Shown: positions 28,574 to 38,574 of the stretch, in pieces | How the letters are laid out: the number at the start of each line of letters is the position of its first letter | How positions within the stretch are numbered: the first letter of the stretch is position 1 | DNA from: an uncultured delta proteobacterium | GTDB taxonomy: Bacteria; Myxococcota; UBA727; VGSZ01 | Direction of reading: 5' to 3' | Assembly (NCBI GenBank): GCA_963775425.1 | Contig: CAVZJB010000016.1 | Location: forward strand, 352,001-416,000 | DNA length: 64,000 bases | Position numbers and translations under genes: made by a program | The notes under the pieces: generated by a model | Databases searched by the model: none | The model's input: the letters and a program-made list of their open reading frames with translations, nothing else | What the model was told of the DNA's origin: nothing

Positions 28574-30037
28574 TCAACTATCGGTGCGGTAGTTGGGCGC
28601 TTCCTTGGTGATGATGACGTCGTGGACGTGGGCCTCGCGCAGGCCCATGGCCGTGATGCGGACGAAGCGGGCGCGCGTGCGCAGGTCCGCGAGGGTGCGG
28701 GCGCCGAGGTAGCCCATGCCCGAGCGCACGCCGCCCGTGAGCTGGAAGAGCTGACTCTGCAGAGGGCCGCGGTACGGGACGCGGCCCTCGATGCCCTCGG
28801 GCACGAGCTTCTGCGCGTCCTTGACGTCGCTCTGGCCGTAGCGCTCCCGGCTGCCCTGCCCCGTCGCCATGGCGCCCTGCGAGCCCATGCCGCGGTACAC
28901 CTTGAACGAGCGGCCCTGGTAGAGGACGACCTCGCCGGGCGCCTCCTCGGTGCCGGCGAAGAGCGAGCCGACCATCACCGCGTCCGCGCCGGCGGCCAGG
29001 GCCTTCACGCAGTCGCCGGAGTACTTCACCCCGCCGTCGGCGATGGTGGTGGCGCCGCGCGCGCGCGCCGCCGCCGACACGTCCATCACCGCCGTCACCT
29101 GCGGCACGCCGACGCCGGCGACGATGCGCGTGGTGCAGATGGAGCCCGGGCCGATGCCGGCCTTGACGCAGTCCGCGCCGGCGTCGACGAGGGCGGTGGC
29201 CGCCTCCGCCGTCGCGATGTTGCCGCCGACGAGGCAGAGGTCCGGGAACCACCGGCGCAGCGCCTTCAGGCCCTCGATGACGCCCTTGCTGTGGCCGTGG
29301 GCCGTGTCCATGACGAGGGCGTCGACGCCGGCGTCGGTGAGCGCGTGCGCGCGCGCCTCGAGGTCGCGGCCGGGGCCGACGGCGGCGGCGGCGAGGAGGC
29401 GGCCGCGGCCGTCGCGCGCGGCGTTCGGGAAGTCGCGCACCTTCTGGAGGTCGCGGGCGGTGATGAGGCCGCGCAGGTGCATCTGCTCGTCGACCACGAG
29501 CAGCTTCTCGATGCGCGCCTGGTACATCAGCGCGAGGCTCTCGTCCTTGCTGACGCCCTCGCGCGCGGTGACGAGACGCGTCGCGGGCGTCATGACGCTC
29601 GCGACCGGCGTGGATGCGTCGGCGGCGCGCAGATCGCGGCGGGTGACGATGCCCACGACGCGGCCCTCGTCGTCGACGACGGGGAAGCCCGACACGCCCC
29701 GGCGCTCCATGAGCTCGAAGGCCTCGGCGGCCTTGGCGTCGGGGGCGAGCGTGATGGGATCGCTCACCACCCCGGCCTCGTACTTCTTCACCCGGCGCAC
29801 CATCTCGGCCTGGGCCTCGACGGTGAGGTTCTTGTGCAACACGCCGATGCCGCCGCTTTGCGCCATGGCGATGGCGGTGCCCGCCTCGGTGACGGTGTCC
29901 ATCGCGGCCGAGAGGAACGGCACAGGCAGCGTGACGCCGCGCCCGAGCTGCGTGCGCGTGTCCACCTCGGACGGGAGCACCTCGCTCTCGGCGGGGACGA
30001 GCGAGACGTCGTCGAAGGTGAGCGCGTCTTTGATCAT
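28574..30037 (-). CDS. guaB: IMP dehydrogenase
   Basis: Motifs ALTFDDV, SAAMDTVTE, CBS pair, DTAHGHS, GIGPGSICTTR, YRGMGS, PEGIEG. Confidence 0.97.
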   Translation of the reverse strand: MIKDALTFDDVSLVPAESEVLPSEVDTRTQLGRGVTLPVPFLSAAMDTVTEAGTAIAMAQSGGIGVLHKNLTVEAQAEMVRRVKKYEAGVVSDPITLAPDAKAAEAFELMERRGVSGFPVVDDEGRVVGIVTRRDLRAADASTPVASVMTPATRLVTAREGVSKDESLALMYQARIEKLLVVDEQMHLRGLITARDLQKVRDFPNAARDGRGRLLAAAAVGPGRDLEARAHALTDAGVDALVMDTAHGHSKGVIEGLKALRRWFPDLCLVGGNIATAEAATALVDAGADCVKAGIGPGSICTTRIVAGVGVPQVTAVMDVSAAARARGATTIADGGVKYSGDCVKALAAGADAVMVGSLFAGTEEAPGEVVLYQGRSFKVYRGMGSQGAMATGQGSRERYGQSDVKDAQKLVPEGIEGRVPYRGPLQSQLFQLTGGVRSGMGYLGARTLADLRTRARFVRITAMGLREAHVHDVIITKEAPNYRTDS

Positions 30038-30039
30038 CG

Positions 30040-31203
30040 TCAGCCCTTCTTCCCCTTGTTGCCCTTCTTGCCGCCCCCAGCCTTCTTGTCGCCGGCCTTC
30101 TTGTCGCCAGCCTTCTTGGCGTCTGCCTTCTTGCCGTCGGCCGTGGCCTCGTCACCGGCGTCGGCGCCGTCCTCCGGCGGGGCCGGGGCGAGCAACTGCT
30201 CCACCGACGCGGACAGCACCGCCGTGTCCTTGGCGAACGCGTCGACGCGCGGCGAGAGCACCTTGAGCGCCGCCGTGGCCGCGCCGTCGCCGGCGACCGG
30301 GGATCCGACGCACGGGACGTCGCCGCGCACCTTGCGGGCGAACGCGCACGCGAGGAGCTCGGTGGCGTAGCCCGTGTCGTCGAGCTTCTTGCCGGAGAGC
30401 TTGCTGGCGTCGGCCAGCGTGCCGGCCTTGGCGGCCTTCTGCGCCTCGCGCGCCACCAACGTCCGCGCATACGCCACCACCGACGCCGTCACGAGCGCCT
30501 GGTCGTCGGCGTCGCCGCGGCTCGGCCCGGCGACCACGTACGTGACGTCGCCGTGCTGGACGCGCTGCACGGTGCCGTGGGCGTCGAGGTCGTTGACGAC
30601 GACGACGACGCGGCCGACGGCGCCGCTGTCATCGAGGAGCTGATCCTGTTTGTCACCGAGGCGCACGAGCGCGGTGGTGGCCTTCACGGCCTTGTCGAGC
30701 ACGGGGAGGAGCTTCTTTTGGTAGGCGCGCGCCTCGTCACCGACGAGCCGGTGGATGCCGACGCCGCCCTCCTCGTTGTACCAGTCGCGCATGGGGCCGG
30801 CGATGGCCTTCGCGAGCGGCGACGCGCCCTTGTCCTCGAAGTTCGGCGCGGGCCCGAGCTCCAGGGCGGCCGCGACGAAGGCGTCCCGCTCGAGCGGGTG
30901 CTTGTCGAACACCTTCTGCAGCGCCGCGAGCGAGGGGCCGGGGCGGCCGAGGTTGTCCCGCACCTTCACGCGCGCGGCCGCGAAGATGGGCTTGTGGATG
31001 GGGGCGGGCCCGCGGACGGTGTCGTCGTCGAAGCCGAGCGCGTTCAACATCGAAAAGATGGTGAACACGCGGCCGTCGACGGCGATCTCGACGCCGTCTT
31101 CGGTGACCATGGACTGCGCGTTGGACCACGCGGCGTGGGCCGCGCCGGAGGCGGTGAGCGCCGACGCGGTGATGAGGGCGGCGGCGAGGAGGGAAGATCG
31201 CAT
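30040..31203 (-). CDS. Secreted hypothetical protein with Lys-rich DKKAG-repeat tail
   Basis: ATG 31203, signal peptide ending AHA, typical codon usage; ends 2 nt before guaB. Confidence 0.7.
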   Translation of the reverse strand: MRSSLLAAALITASALTASGAAHAAWSNAQSMVTEDGVEIAVDGRVFTIFSMLNALGFDDDTVRGPAPIHKPIFAAARVKVRDNLGRPGPSLAALQKVFDKHPLERDAFVAAALELGPAPNFEDKGASPLAKAIAGPMRDWYNEEGGVGIHRLVGDEARAYQKKLLPVLDKAVKATTALVRLGDKQDQLLDDSGAVGRVVVVVNDLDAHGTVQRVQHGDVTYVVAGPSRGDADDQALVTASVVAYARTLVAREAQKAAKAGTLADASKLSGKKLDDTGYATELLACAFARKVRGDVPCVGSPVAGDGAATAALKVLSPRVDAFAKDTAVLSASVEQLLAPAPPEDGADAGDEATADGKKADAKKAGDKKAGDKKAGGGKKGNKGKKG

Positions 31204-31276
31204 GGCGAGCGCGTAGCAAAGCCCCCGGCGGGGGCAAGAGGGGCGTCCCGCCGGCGGGAACGTGGTAAGGGGCCCC

Positions 31277-31870
31277 ATGCAGACCCTGACGCGCTCCCTC
31301 CTCGCCGCCGCCGCCGTCGCCGTCTTCACGCTCGTGGGCACGCTCGGGTGCACCGAGGCCAAGCCGGACCGGCTCACGCTCGACCCGAACGGGCCCTACC
31401 GCTTCGAGCGGAAGGGCCAGACCGAGACCGTGAAGGTGGCCGCCTTCACCGGCAAGTCCCCGTACGTGAACGTGGTGCCCGCGACGTGGAAATCATCCGA
31501 TGAGTCCGTGGCCACCGTCGACGACAAGGGCACCGTCACCGCCACGGGCTCGGGCAAGGCGCAGATCATCGCCAGCGCCTGGGGCCTGAGCGTCAGCGCC
31601 GACGTCGACAGCGTCATCGTCGGATCCGTGAGCGTCGACGACGACCTGCCCAAGCCCTTTCGCCTGAACAACAAGGGCGTCCAGCTCCACGTCACCGTCA
31701 AGGACGACAAGGGCAACGTCATCAAAGACCCCGTCATCGCCTACCACGCCGACAACTATTGCGTGGAGGTCTCCGACGAGGGCTTCGTCAAGCCGCTGTC
31801 CGACGGCGACTGCAACATCGAGGTCCGCTGCGCCAGCAAGCTCGCCAAGCTCGCGGTGTCGGTGAAGTAG
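31277..31870 (+). CDS. Ig-like (BIG2) domain lipoprotein
   Basis: Lipobox TLGC; TWKSSDESVATVDDKGTVTATGSGKAQI. Confidence 0.8.
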   Translation: MQTLTRSLLAAAAVAVFTLVGTLGCTEAKPDRLTLDPNGPYRFERKGQTETVKVAAFTGKSPYVNVVPATWKSSDESVATVDDKGTVTATGSGKAQIIASAWGLSVSADVDSVIVGSVSVDDDLPKPFRLNNKGVQLHVTVKDDKGNVIKDPVIAYHADNYCVEVSDEGFVKPLSDGDCNIEVRCASKLAKLAVSVK

Positions 31871-31890
31871 CCGGCCGCTCTCCGCTCGCG

Positions 31891-33303
31891 TCACCCGCGC
31901 GGCTTCTTGTCCTTCGGCACCGGCGCGCCGCCGGAGTCCGTGGCGTCGCCGTCGACGTCGAACAGCGTGCGCATCTCCACGGTGGGGCCGGTCTCGAGCT
32001 CGGCGATGTCCGGCGGCGGCGCCCCCTTCGCCTCCGGCGACGCCCCATCGACCAGGGCGAAGTCCTCGCTCATCGAGATCCACGGCGGCTCGCTCTCCGA
32101 GGTGCCCTCGGAGCGCTTGTGTGCAGCCGGGCGCTCGGTGATGGTGATGCCGGCCGCGGCGCGCTCGAGGTCGGCCCGCGCGATGGGCTCGGTGACGAAG
32201 TCTTCGTCGTCGTCCTCGAGCTCGTCGAAGACGCGGCCCACCGCGCTGGAGCTGTCGTCCCCGCCCGGCAGGAGGGGCAGCTCCGCGGTCAGCCCCGCGT
32301 CGAGGTCGAAGGTGTCCGCGGCCACCGGCGCGGCCACGGCGTCCTTCTTCTTCGGCGCCGGCCAGAACACGGTGGGCGCCTTCCCGGCGCTCCGCGGCAG
32401 CGAGGGCGTGGTGGTGGAGGAGTCGTCGGCGTCATCGGGGACGAGCGCGCGGTACTCGCGCTTCAAAAACGACGCGGCCACCGCCGCGGCCGGCGTCCTC
32501 CCCGCGACGCGCTCGAGCTCGACGCCGAGGCGCTCGACGAGCATGAACAAGCCCAGGCGCTCGTCGGGGTTCTTGGCGAGGGCGGCGGCGAGGAGGGGGC
32601 CGAGCTGCGCGGCGGCCGGGCCGAAGCGCGGCGCGCTCATGGCGGCGGCGTCGCCGGTGAGGAGCGCGCGGAGCGCCTGCGCGGCGACGAAGACGTCGCT
32701 GGCGACGGTGGGCTTGTGCGTGGCGAGCTCGGGCGCGCGAAAGGCCGTGGGGCGCGCGGGGTCGGCGGCCGCGCCGGCGAGGATGCGCACCGCGAGCCTG
32801 CCGTCCTTGCGCAGGACCAGCGCGTCGAGCCGCAACCCCGCGGGGAAGAGCGCGGACAGGCCGGTGCCGTCGTCCTCGGCCCAGACATCGCCGCGCTCGT
32901 GGAGGTCGAGGGCCACCTGCGCGAGCTGCTGCGCCACGGCGAGCGAGAACGCGACGTCGGGCGCCGCTTGTCTGCGTCGATCGTGCTCGACGGTCGCGGC
33001 GACGTCGACGCCGTCCACGGCGACGGCCGTGGCGTACAGGGTGCCGTCGTGGGCGCCGACCTCGAGGATGCGGGCGACCTGCTCGTGGGCCGTCTGCGCC
33101 GCCGACGACGCCACGGCGATGATGCGCGCCGCCTCGGCCGCCTCGGCGTCGCCGAAGAGCGCCAGGTGCACCGGATCGGCGACGGGCGGGAGCGGCCGCG
33201 CCCGATCGATCGGCGTGGGCCGCGCGCGGCGGGCCAGGACGATCTCCGCGCCGCCGTAGCTCGGGACCGCTTTGAGCAGAGCAAAGTCTGCGAACGTGGC
33301 CAT
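31891..33303 (-). CDS. Degenerate Ser/Thr kinase-like protein (pseudokinase) with acidic disordered tail
   Basis: Kinase-fold remnants (HEQVARILEVG, TAFRAPE, SDVF, ALAKNPDER); no HRD or DFG. Confidence 0.6.
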   Translation of the reverse strand: MATFADFALLKAVPSYGGAEIVLARRARPTPIDRARPLPPVADPVHLALFGDAEAAEAARIIAVASSAAQTAHEQVARILEVGAHDGTLYATAVAVDGVDVAATVEHDRRRQAAPDVAFSLAVAQQLAQVALDLHERGDVWAEDDGTGLSALFPAGLRLDALVLRKDGRLAVRILAGAAADPARPTAFRAPELATHKPTVASDVFVAAQALRALLTGDAAAMSAPRFGPAAAQLGPLLAAALAKNPDERLGLFMLVERLGVELERVAGRTPAAAVAASFLKREYRALVPDDADDSSTTTPSLPRSAGKAPTVFWPAPKKKDAVAAPVAADTFDLDAGLTAELPLLPGGDDSSSAVGRVFDELEDDDEDFVTEPIARADLERAAAGITITERPAAHKRSEGTSESEPPWISMSEDFALVDGASPEAKGAPPPDIAELETGPTVEMRTLFDVDGDATDSGGAPVPKDKKPRG

Positions 33304-33315
33304 GGGCGCGCCGCC

Positions 33316-33888
33316 CTACGCGGGCGGCGCCACGCGCGCCTGCCTCTCGTCGACGAGCTCTTCGAGGAGCTTCATCTCGGCCTCACCGAGCCCCTTGTTC
33401 TTGGCCTCGGCGAGCACGCTCCTGAGGCGCTCGAGGTCGTGGGCGTCGCGCTTCTTCATGGCGTCGATGAGGCTGGTGAAGACCTCGAAGGTCTCACGGA
33501 ACTCGTCGCCGGCGCGCAGCGGGCGCGTGATGGGGTACTTGCCGGTGACGAGCGTGGAGAGGTGGCGGTGCAGGACGAAGATCGGACCGACGACGCGGTG
33601 GGTGATGAGCAGGCCCATGACCCCGAGGCCGACCACCTCGACAACGAGGAAGCCGACGGTGATTTCGAACACCTTCTTGGCGTCGTCGGTGTTGAGCTTG
33701 TCGTTGACCTCGGGAGACAGCGAAGCGAGGTCGATGACCTCGTTCATCTCCCAGTAGCTCTTGAGGAGGAAGTACCCGAGGACCGTCGAGACCACGGCCG
33801 CGATGGCGACGATGATGGCGGTGTACTTGAACTGAAAGCGCCGGTCGACGATGGGGATCAACCGGCGCTTGTAGCGGGTTTCGGGCAT
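33316..33888 (-). CDS. Two-TM HAMP-like membrane protein
   Basis: YKRR...VDRRFQFKY, two TM helices, THRVVGPIF...LRAGDEF. Confidence 0.7.
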   Translation of the reverse strand: MPETRYKRRLIPIVDRRFQFKYTAIIVAIAAVVSTVLGYFLLKSYWEMNEVIDLASLSPEVNDKLNTDDAKKVFEITVGFLVVEVVGLGVMGLLITHRVVGPIFVLHRHLSTLVTGKYPITRPLRAGDEFRETFEVFTSLIDAMKKRDAHDLERLRSVLAEAKNKGLGEAEMKLLEELVDERQARVAPPA

Positions 33889-33959
33889 GGCGCGATGCTA
33901 CCGGCACCGGCGATCTATCCTCAACCCCCGCGGTCGGACGACGATGCGCCGCCGGAGGC

Positions 33960-35555
33960 ATGAACATGCTCGCTCTCGTGCTCCTCGCTTCGCTCGCCGC
34001 CGCCGACGCCGACAACGACGGCGACGTGGACGCCGGCCCGCAGCCCGGCGACGTCGACGAGACCGTGCCGCTGTCCGTCGACCTCCCGCCCGCGCCGCTC
34101 GACGCCGGGCCCGCGGTGCCCGTCGAGGCGCAGCCGCAGGCGCAGGACGCCGGCCCCGTCCCCGACCCCGACGCGGCCGCCGCCGCGCCCGTCGACCCGC
34201 AGCCCGTCGTCGAGCCCGCCGGCGACGAGGGCGCGCCCGTCGTCGATCCCGCGGCGCCCGTCGTCGACCCGGCGGCCCCCGTGGTGGAGCATGTGGCGCC
34301 GCGCCCCGATCCCGACGCAGAGCGCGCGCCGCCGCCGCCGCCGCCGCCCCCCCCTGCAAAGACCCCCGCCCCGTTGCCGGAGGGCCTCGGCTTCGGCGGC
34401 GTGCCTGCCATCAACTTCGACGCCGACAACGGCTTCGGCTTCGGCGTGGTGGCCACCGGCTTCTACTACGACGGCCACACGCGCCCCTATCGCGCGTCGG
34501 TCACGCTGCAGATCTTCATGACCTCGAAGCTCGTGCAGGACCACAACATCGTCGTGGACTGGCTCGACGTCGCCGGGCTGCCGCTGCGCTTGTACACGCG
34601 CGTCGGCTACCTGCAGTCGCTCACGCAGAACTACTGCGGCATCGGCGGCAGCGTCAGTTGCGACACCACGCTGGCCGCGAAGGCCGCCGCCGACGAAGGG
34701 CTCGACGGAGAAGCCGCCGACGCCTTCGTCCGCCGCTTCACGCAGAGGCGCTTCATCGATCCGTACGGCACGGTGCAGGCGCGCTGGGCGCTGGTCACGT
34801 CGCCGTCGCGCTTCGAGCTCACCGCCGGCTACCGCGGCTTCTACTTCATCCCCGGCACGTGGGACGACGAGGACGGCGACGGCAAGCCCGACCTCTTTCC
34901 CTACCCGGGCTCGCTCTACGCGCGCGACCACCCCGACGGCGAGCCCGGCTTCGGCAGCACCGTCACCGGCGGCTTCATGTACGACAGCCGCGACAACGAG
35001 CCCGCGCCGACGGAGGGCGTGTGGCTCGAGGCGTCGGTGCGCGCGTCGTCCAAGCTCATCGGGTCGACGTGGGACTGGGCGGGCGCCAACCTCACGCTGC
35101 GCGGCTACGTCCCGCTCCGCGACAACCACAGGCTGGTGCTCGCCAACCGCTTCGTCGTCGACGGCGTCGTCGGCGATCCGCCCATCCAGGAGCTCGTGCG
35201 CGTCGGCGGCAGCAACGACTACTACGTGTACGGCGGCTCCGAGGCCGGGCGCGGCATCCGCGCGCAGCGCTACATCGGCAAGCTGCGGGTGTTCGATCAA
35301 AACGAGCTGCGCTGGCGCTTCCTCGACGTCACGGCGCTCGAGCAGCACTTCGGCTTCACCGCTGCGGCGTTCGCGGACCTCGGCCTCGTCGGCGCGGAGG
35401 TCACAAACCCCGGCCCGATGGAGCTCCTGCCGGGCTTCGGCGGCGCGCTGCGCTTGTCGTGGAACGAGAACTTCGTCGTTCGCTTCGACCTCGGCGTCTC
35501 TCCGCTCGAGGACTACGCGCCGTCGCTCTACATCCTGATCGGCAACCCGTTTTGA
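33960..35555 (+). CDS. Omp85 (BamA/TamA) family outer-membrane protein with Pro-rich N-terminus and no obvious POTRA domains
   Basis: Motifs PAINFDADNGFGFG, YDSRDNE..PT.G, GRGIRAQRYIG, NELRW, C-terminal LYILIGNPF. Confidence 0.8.
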   Translation: MNMLALVLLASLAAADADNDGDVDAGPQPGDVDETVPLSVDLPPAPLDAGPAVPVEAQPQAQDAGPVPDPDAAAAAPVDPQPVVEPAGDEGAPVVDPAAPVVDPAAPVVEHVAPRPDPDAERAPPPPPPPPPAKTPAPLPEGLGFGGVPAINFDADNGFGFGVVATGFYYDGHTRPYRASVTLQIFMTSKLVQDHNIVVDWLDVAGLPLRLYTRVGYLQSLTQNYCGIGGSVSCDTTLAAKAAADEGLDGEAADAFVRRFTQRRFIDPYGTVQARWALVTSPSRFELTAGYRGFYFIPGTWDDEDGDGKPDLFPYPGSLYARDHPDGEPGFGSTVTGGFMYDSRDNEPAPTEGVWLEASVRASSKLIGSTWDWAGANLTLRGYVPLRDNHRLVLANRFVVDGVVGDPPIQELVRVGGSNDYYVYGGSEAGRGIRAQRYIGKLRVFDQNELRWRFLDVTALEQHFGFTAAAFADLGLVGAEVTNPGPMELLPGFGGALRLSWNENFVVRFDLGVSPLEDYAPSLYILIGNPF

Positions 35556-35559
35556 CGCC

Positions 35560-37350
35560 CTACTTCCGACAGCGGTCGTAGCAGACGTCGAGCGCCTTGC
35601 GGTACAGCCGGATCTTGTCCGTGGGCTTGTCGCTGAGGTCGAAGAAGAACACGGCGGCGGACTTCGTGCAGCCGGCGTCGGGGCAGTGCTTCTTCACAAA
35701 GGCGAGCTTGGTCTGGAAGGTGACGACGCTCGGCGCCGGCGCCTTGGCCTTGTCGTGCCGCACGCGCCGCCGCGCCCCCTTGTGCGCCCCCTTGGCGACC
35801 TTGGCGCCCTCCTCGTCGGTCCTGGCGTCGTCGGCCTTGGCGTCGCCGGCCTTGGCGTCGCCGGCCTTGGCGTCGCCGGCCTTGGCGTCGTCCCCGCCTG
35901 CTGCGCCGGCCTTGGCGTCGCCGGCCTTGGCGTCGCCGGCCTTGGCGTCGTCCCCGCCTGCTGCGCCGGCGGCGCCCGCGTTTTCGTCGTCGCTCCCGGC
36001 GCCGGCACCGCTCCCGTCCGCCGCGACTCCGGCGACGGGGTCGCCCGGCATCACCACCGAGCCCTCCGTGGACGTGGCGGACACGACGAGGCCGACGACG
36101 ACGGCGACGGCCGCGCAGGCCGCGAGCGCCGCCGCCAGGAGCGGCACCTTGCTGCGCTTCTTCGGCGGCGGCGGCGCGGCCACCGGGAACGCGCCGCTGC
36201 GCGCGACGAGCTCGGTGGGGTCGTGCAGCGTGGTGCGTGCAGCGTGTGAGCTCGCGATGGAGAACACGTCGCTCGTGTCGTTGATGGTGTCGTCGGCGAA
36301 GCTGACGCTCAGCGTGTTGACGCTGGAGAAGCGCTGCAGGAGCTCGCGCGTCTCGCGCAGGTCGTCGGAGAACAGCTCCGCCATCAGCGCCCGCAGCTCG
36401 CGCGCGCCCTCGTGCAGGTTCTGGTGTCGCGCGTAATCAAGGAGCGCGTCGCGAAAGTCTCCGCAGGTGGGGAAGCGCTTGTCGCGGGCGGCGGCGAGGC
36501 CCTTGTCGAGGACGTCGCGGAGCTTGCGCGGCAGCTCCGAGATGCCTGCGGGCCTGAACTGCCCCGCGCCCGCTTGCCGCCACACCTGCTCCGACGTCAT
36601 GCCTTCGTAGTAGCGGTGCCCCGTCAGGAGCTCGTACGCGAGCACCGCGGCCGCGAACTGATCGGCGCGCGCGTCGACGGCTTCACCGCGTGCCTGCTCG
36701 GGCGCCATGTAGCTCATCTTGCCCATCACGGTGGCGGCCACGACCGGCGCCTCGGCGGCGCCGACGGGGCTCCCGCTCTCGGCGAGGCCGAAGTCGATGA
36801 GCTTCACCTCCCCCTCGAGGTTCACCATCACGTTTTGCGGCGAGACGTCGCGATGCACGATGTGCAACGGCACGCCCGTGGTGTTGTCGACGTGGCGATG
36901 CGCGTAGTCCAGCGCGTCGAGGATCTCCGCGGCGATGTGCAGCGCGAGCGCGCGCGGGAGCTTGCGCCCGCGGTCGGCGAGGGCGTTCAACAGCGTGCGC
37001 ACGTCGCGCCCGAGGATGAGCTCCATCGCCAGGTAGTAGCTGTGCTGCACGCAGCCGACGTCGAACACCGGGCAGATGTTCCGGTGCGTGAGCTGCACGA
37101 CGAAGCGCGCCTCCTGCATGAAGCGCTTCACGTACTCGGGGTCCTGTGAGAAGCGACTGCGCAGCGTCTTCACCACACAGTGCTTCTCGATGCCCATCAC
37201 CGAGCCGGTCTTGGCGAGGAACACGTTGCCCATGCCGCCGCGGGCGAGCCGGTGCAGCAGCAGGTACTGACCGTACGTCGCAGGGAAATCCCCCACCCAC
37301 TCGTCGTCCGAGCTGTCAATCGTGTCTGGGGTGAGCGCCTCAGCGGACAT
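35560..37350 (-). CDS. Membrane-anchored Ser/Thr protein kinase
   Basis: Motifs LARGGMG.V, VVKT, IVHRDVSPQN, KLIDFG, GKMSYMAPEQ; TM helix, DAKAG repeats, Cys-containing extracellular tail. Confidence 0.92.
   Translation of the reverse strand: MSAEALTPDTIDSSDDEWVGDFPATYGQYLLLHRLARGGMGNVFLAKTGSVMGIEKHCVVKTLRSRFSQDPEYVKRFMQEARFVVQLTHRNICPVFDVGCVQHSYYLAMELILGRDVRTLLNALADRGRKLPRALALHIAAEILDALDYAHRHVDNTTGVPLHIVHRDVSPQNVMVNLEGEVKLIDFGLAESGSPVGAAEAPVVAATVMGKMSYMAPEQARGEAVDARADQFAAAVLAYELLTGHRYYEGMTSEQVWRQAGAGQFRPAGISELPRKLRDVLDKGLAAARDKRFPTCGDFRDALLDYARHQNLHEGARELRALMAELFSDDLRETRELLQRFSSVNTLSVSFADDTINDTSDVFSIASSHAARTTLHDPTELVARSGAFPVAAPPPPKKRSKVPLLAAALAACAAVAVVVGLVVSATSTEGSVVMPGDPVAGVAADGSGAGAGSDDENAGAAGAAGGDDAKAGDAKAGDAKAGAAGGDDAKAGDAKAGDAKAGDAKADDARTDEEGAKVAKGAHKGARRRVRHDKAKAPAPSVVTFQTKLAFVKKHCPDAGCTKSAAVFFFDLSDKPTDKIRLYRKALDVCYDRCRK
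35831..35970. repeat. 15-bp coding repeats (DAKAG) with an exact 60-bp duplication in the kinase linker
   Basis: Repeated CCGGCCTTGGCGTCG units. Confidence 0.9.
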
Positions 37351-37380
37351 CGCGGAAGATTCCCGGAGTATACCCTTGTC

Positions 37381-38139
37381 GTGCTCGTCCCCGTGATCCT
37401 GGTCATGCACCTGGCAGGCGCCGACACCCTTGCAGAGCCGAAGGAGGTCGCCCTGGCTCCGCTCATCGCGGAGCGCGCGTCCCTCGACGAGCTCGCCGCG
37501 TTCGAGCACCTCGACGGCGCCCTGCGCAAGGGTGTCGCCTCCGTCCCCGGCGTCCACCTCCAGGACGCCGGCGTCACCCGCGCAAACATCGACGCCGCCG
37601 CGGGCGCCGGCGTCGCGTGCGGCGGCCGCGACCGCGCGTGCCTCGGAAAGCTCGCCGTGCTCGCGGGCGTCGAGCGCCTGCTCGTCCCGTCCGCCACGCG
37701 GACCGGCGGCGTGATGACCGTGAGCCTCTTCGTCGTCGACGGCGGCGCGCGCTCGGCGGACGTGCGCTCGCTGTTGCCGGTGGGCCCCGACGACGCGCAG
37801 CGCGCCGCCGCCCGCCAGCTCGCGACGCGGGCGCTGGCCGCCGTCCTCGCCGCGCCCGTCGCGGACGCGCGTGGGGAGGGCGCGCGCGTGGCCGCGCCAC
37901 GAGGCGCGCCGCGGGCCGCCCCGTTCCCCCTCGGCGGCGCCGTCCTGCTCGCGGCGGGCGGCGGGGTCGCGGCCGCCGGCGTCGCGGGTGCTTTCGTCAC
38001 CAACGAGCTGCTCGCCACGCCCGAGCCCTACGCGGATCGCAGCGACAAGCTCTTCTTCGGTCAGGCGAGCCTGGTGGTGGCCGCCGCAGGTGTGGCGGCG
38101 GCGGCGGCGGGCGGGGCGGTGCTGCTGCTCAGCGAGTGA
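37381..38139 (+). CDS. Secreted protein: TolB-N/PEGA-associated-like domain plus C-terminal hydrophobic hairpin
   Basis: Motif ACGGRDRACLGKLAVLAGVERLL; two Gly/Ala-rich hydrophobic helices at the C-terminus. Start is uncertain. Confidence 0.55.
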   Translation: MLVPVILVMHLAGADTLAEPKEVALAPLIAERASLDELAAFEHLDGALRKGVASVPGVHLQDAGVTRANIDAAAGAGVACGGRDRACLGKLAVLAGVERLLVPSATRTGGVMTVSLFVVDGGARSADVRSLLPVGPDDAQRAAARQLATRALAAVLAAPVADARGEGARVAAPRGAPRAAPFPLGGAVLLAAGGGVAAAGVAGAFVTNELLATPEPYADRSDKLFFGQASLVVAAAGVAAAAAGGAVLLLSE

Positions 38140-38142
38140 CGC

Positions 38143-38574
38143 TCACTCGCCTTCGCCTTCACCCTCGCCTTCGCCCTCGCCTTCACCCTCGCCCTCGCCC
38201 TCACCGGCGATGCCGTGGCAGTCCGCGCCGCCGTTGGCGGCGTCGTTGGCGGTCTTGAAGTCGTCGAGGAAGGTCTTGCAGACGGTGTCGCCGGCGCCGG
38301 TGCGCTCCTTGACGAGGTCGTCGCAGGACAGCGTGCCCTCGCAGGTGGCGAGCGCCACCTCGGCGTCCGCGAGGTCCTTGCACTGCTTCTCCGCGTTCTG
38401 CTTGAGCGCCGCGATGGCCCCGTCGCGCTCGGCGGCGCAGACGTCGACGTAGTCGTCTTGAAGGTTGAGGTTCAGCTGGTCGGCGCAGTCGAACTCCTTC
38501 TGGCAGATGCCCTGGGCGGGGTTGCAGCCGGCGACACAGGCGAGGACGAAGGAACAGGCGAGCAGCTTGTGCAT
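38143..38574 (-). CDS. Small Cys-rich lipoprotein with (GE)10 tail
   Basis: Lipobox VAGC, several Cys; GE repeat at 38146-38205. Confidence 0.75.
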   Translation of the reverse strand: MHKLLACSFVLACVAGCNPAQGICQKEFDCADQLNLNLQDDYVDVCAAERDGAIAALKQNAEKQCKDLADAEVALATCEGTLSCDDLVKERTGAGDTVCKTFLDDFKTANDAANGGADCHGIAGEGEGEGEGEGEGEGEGEGE

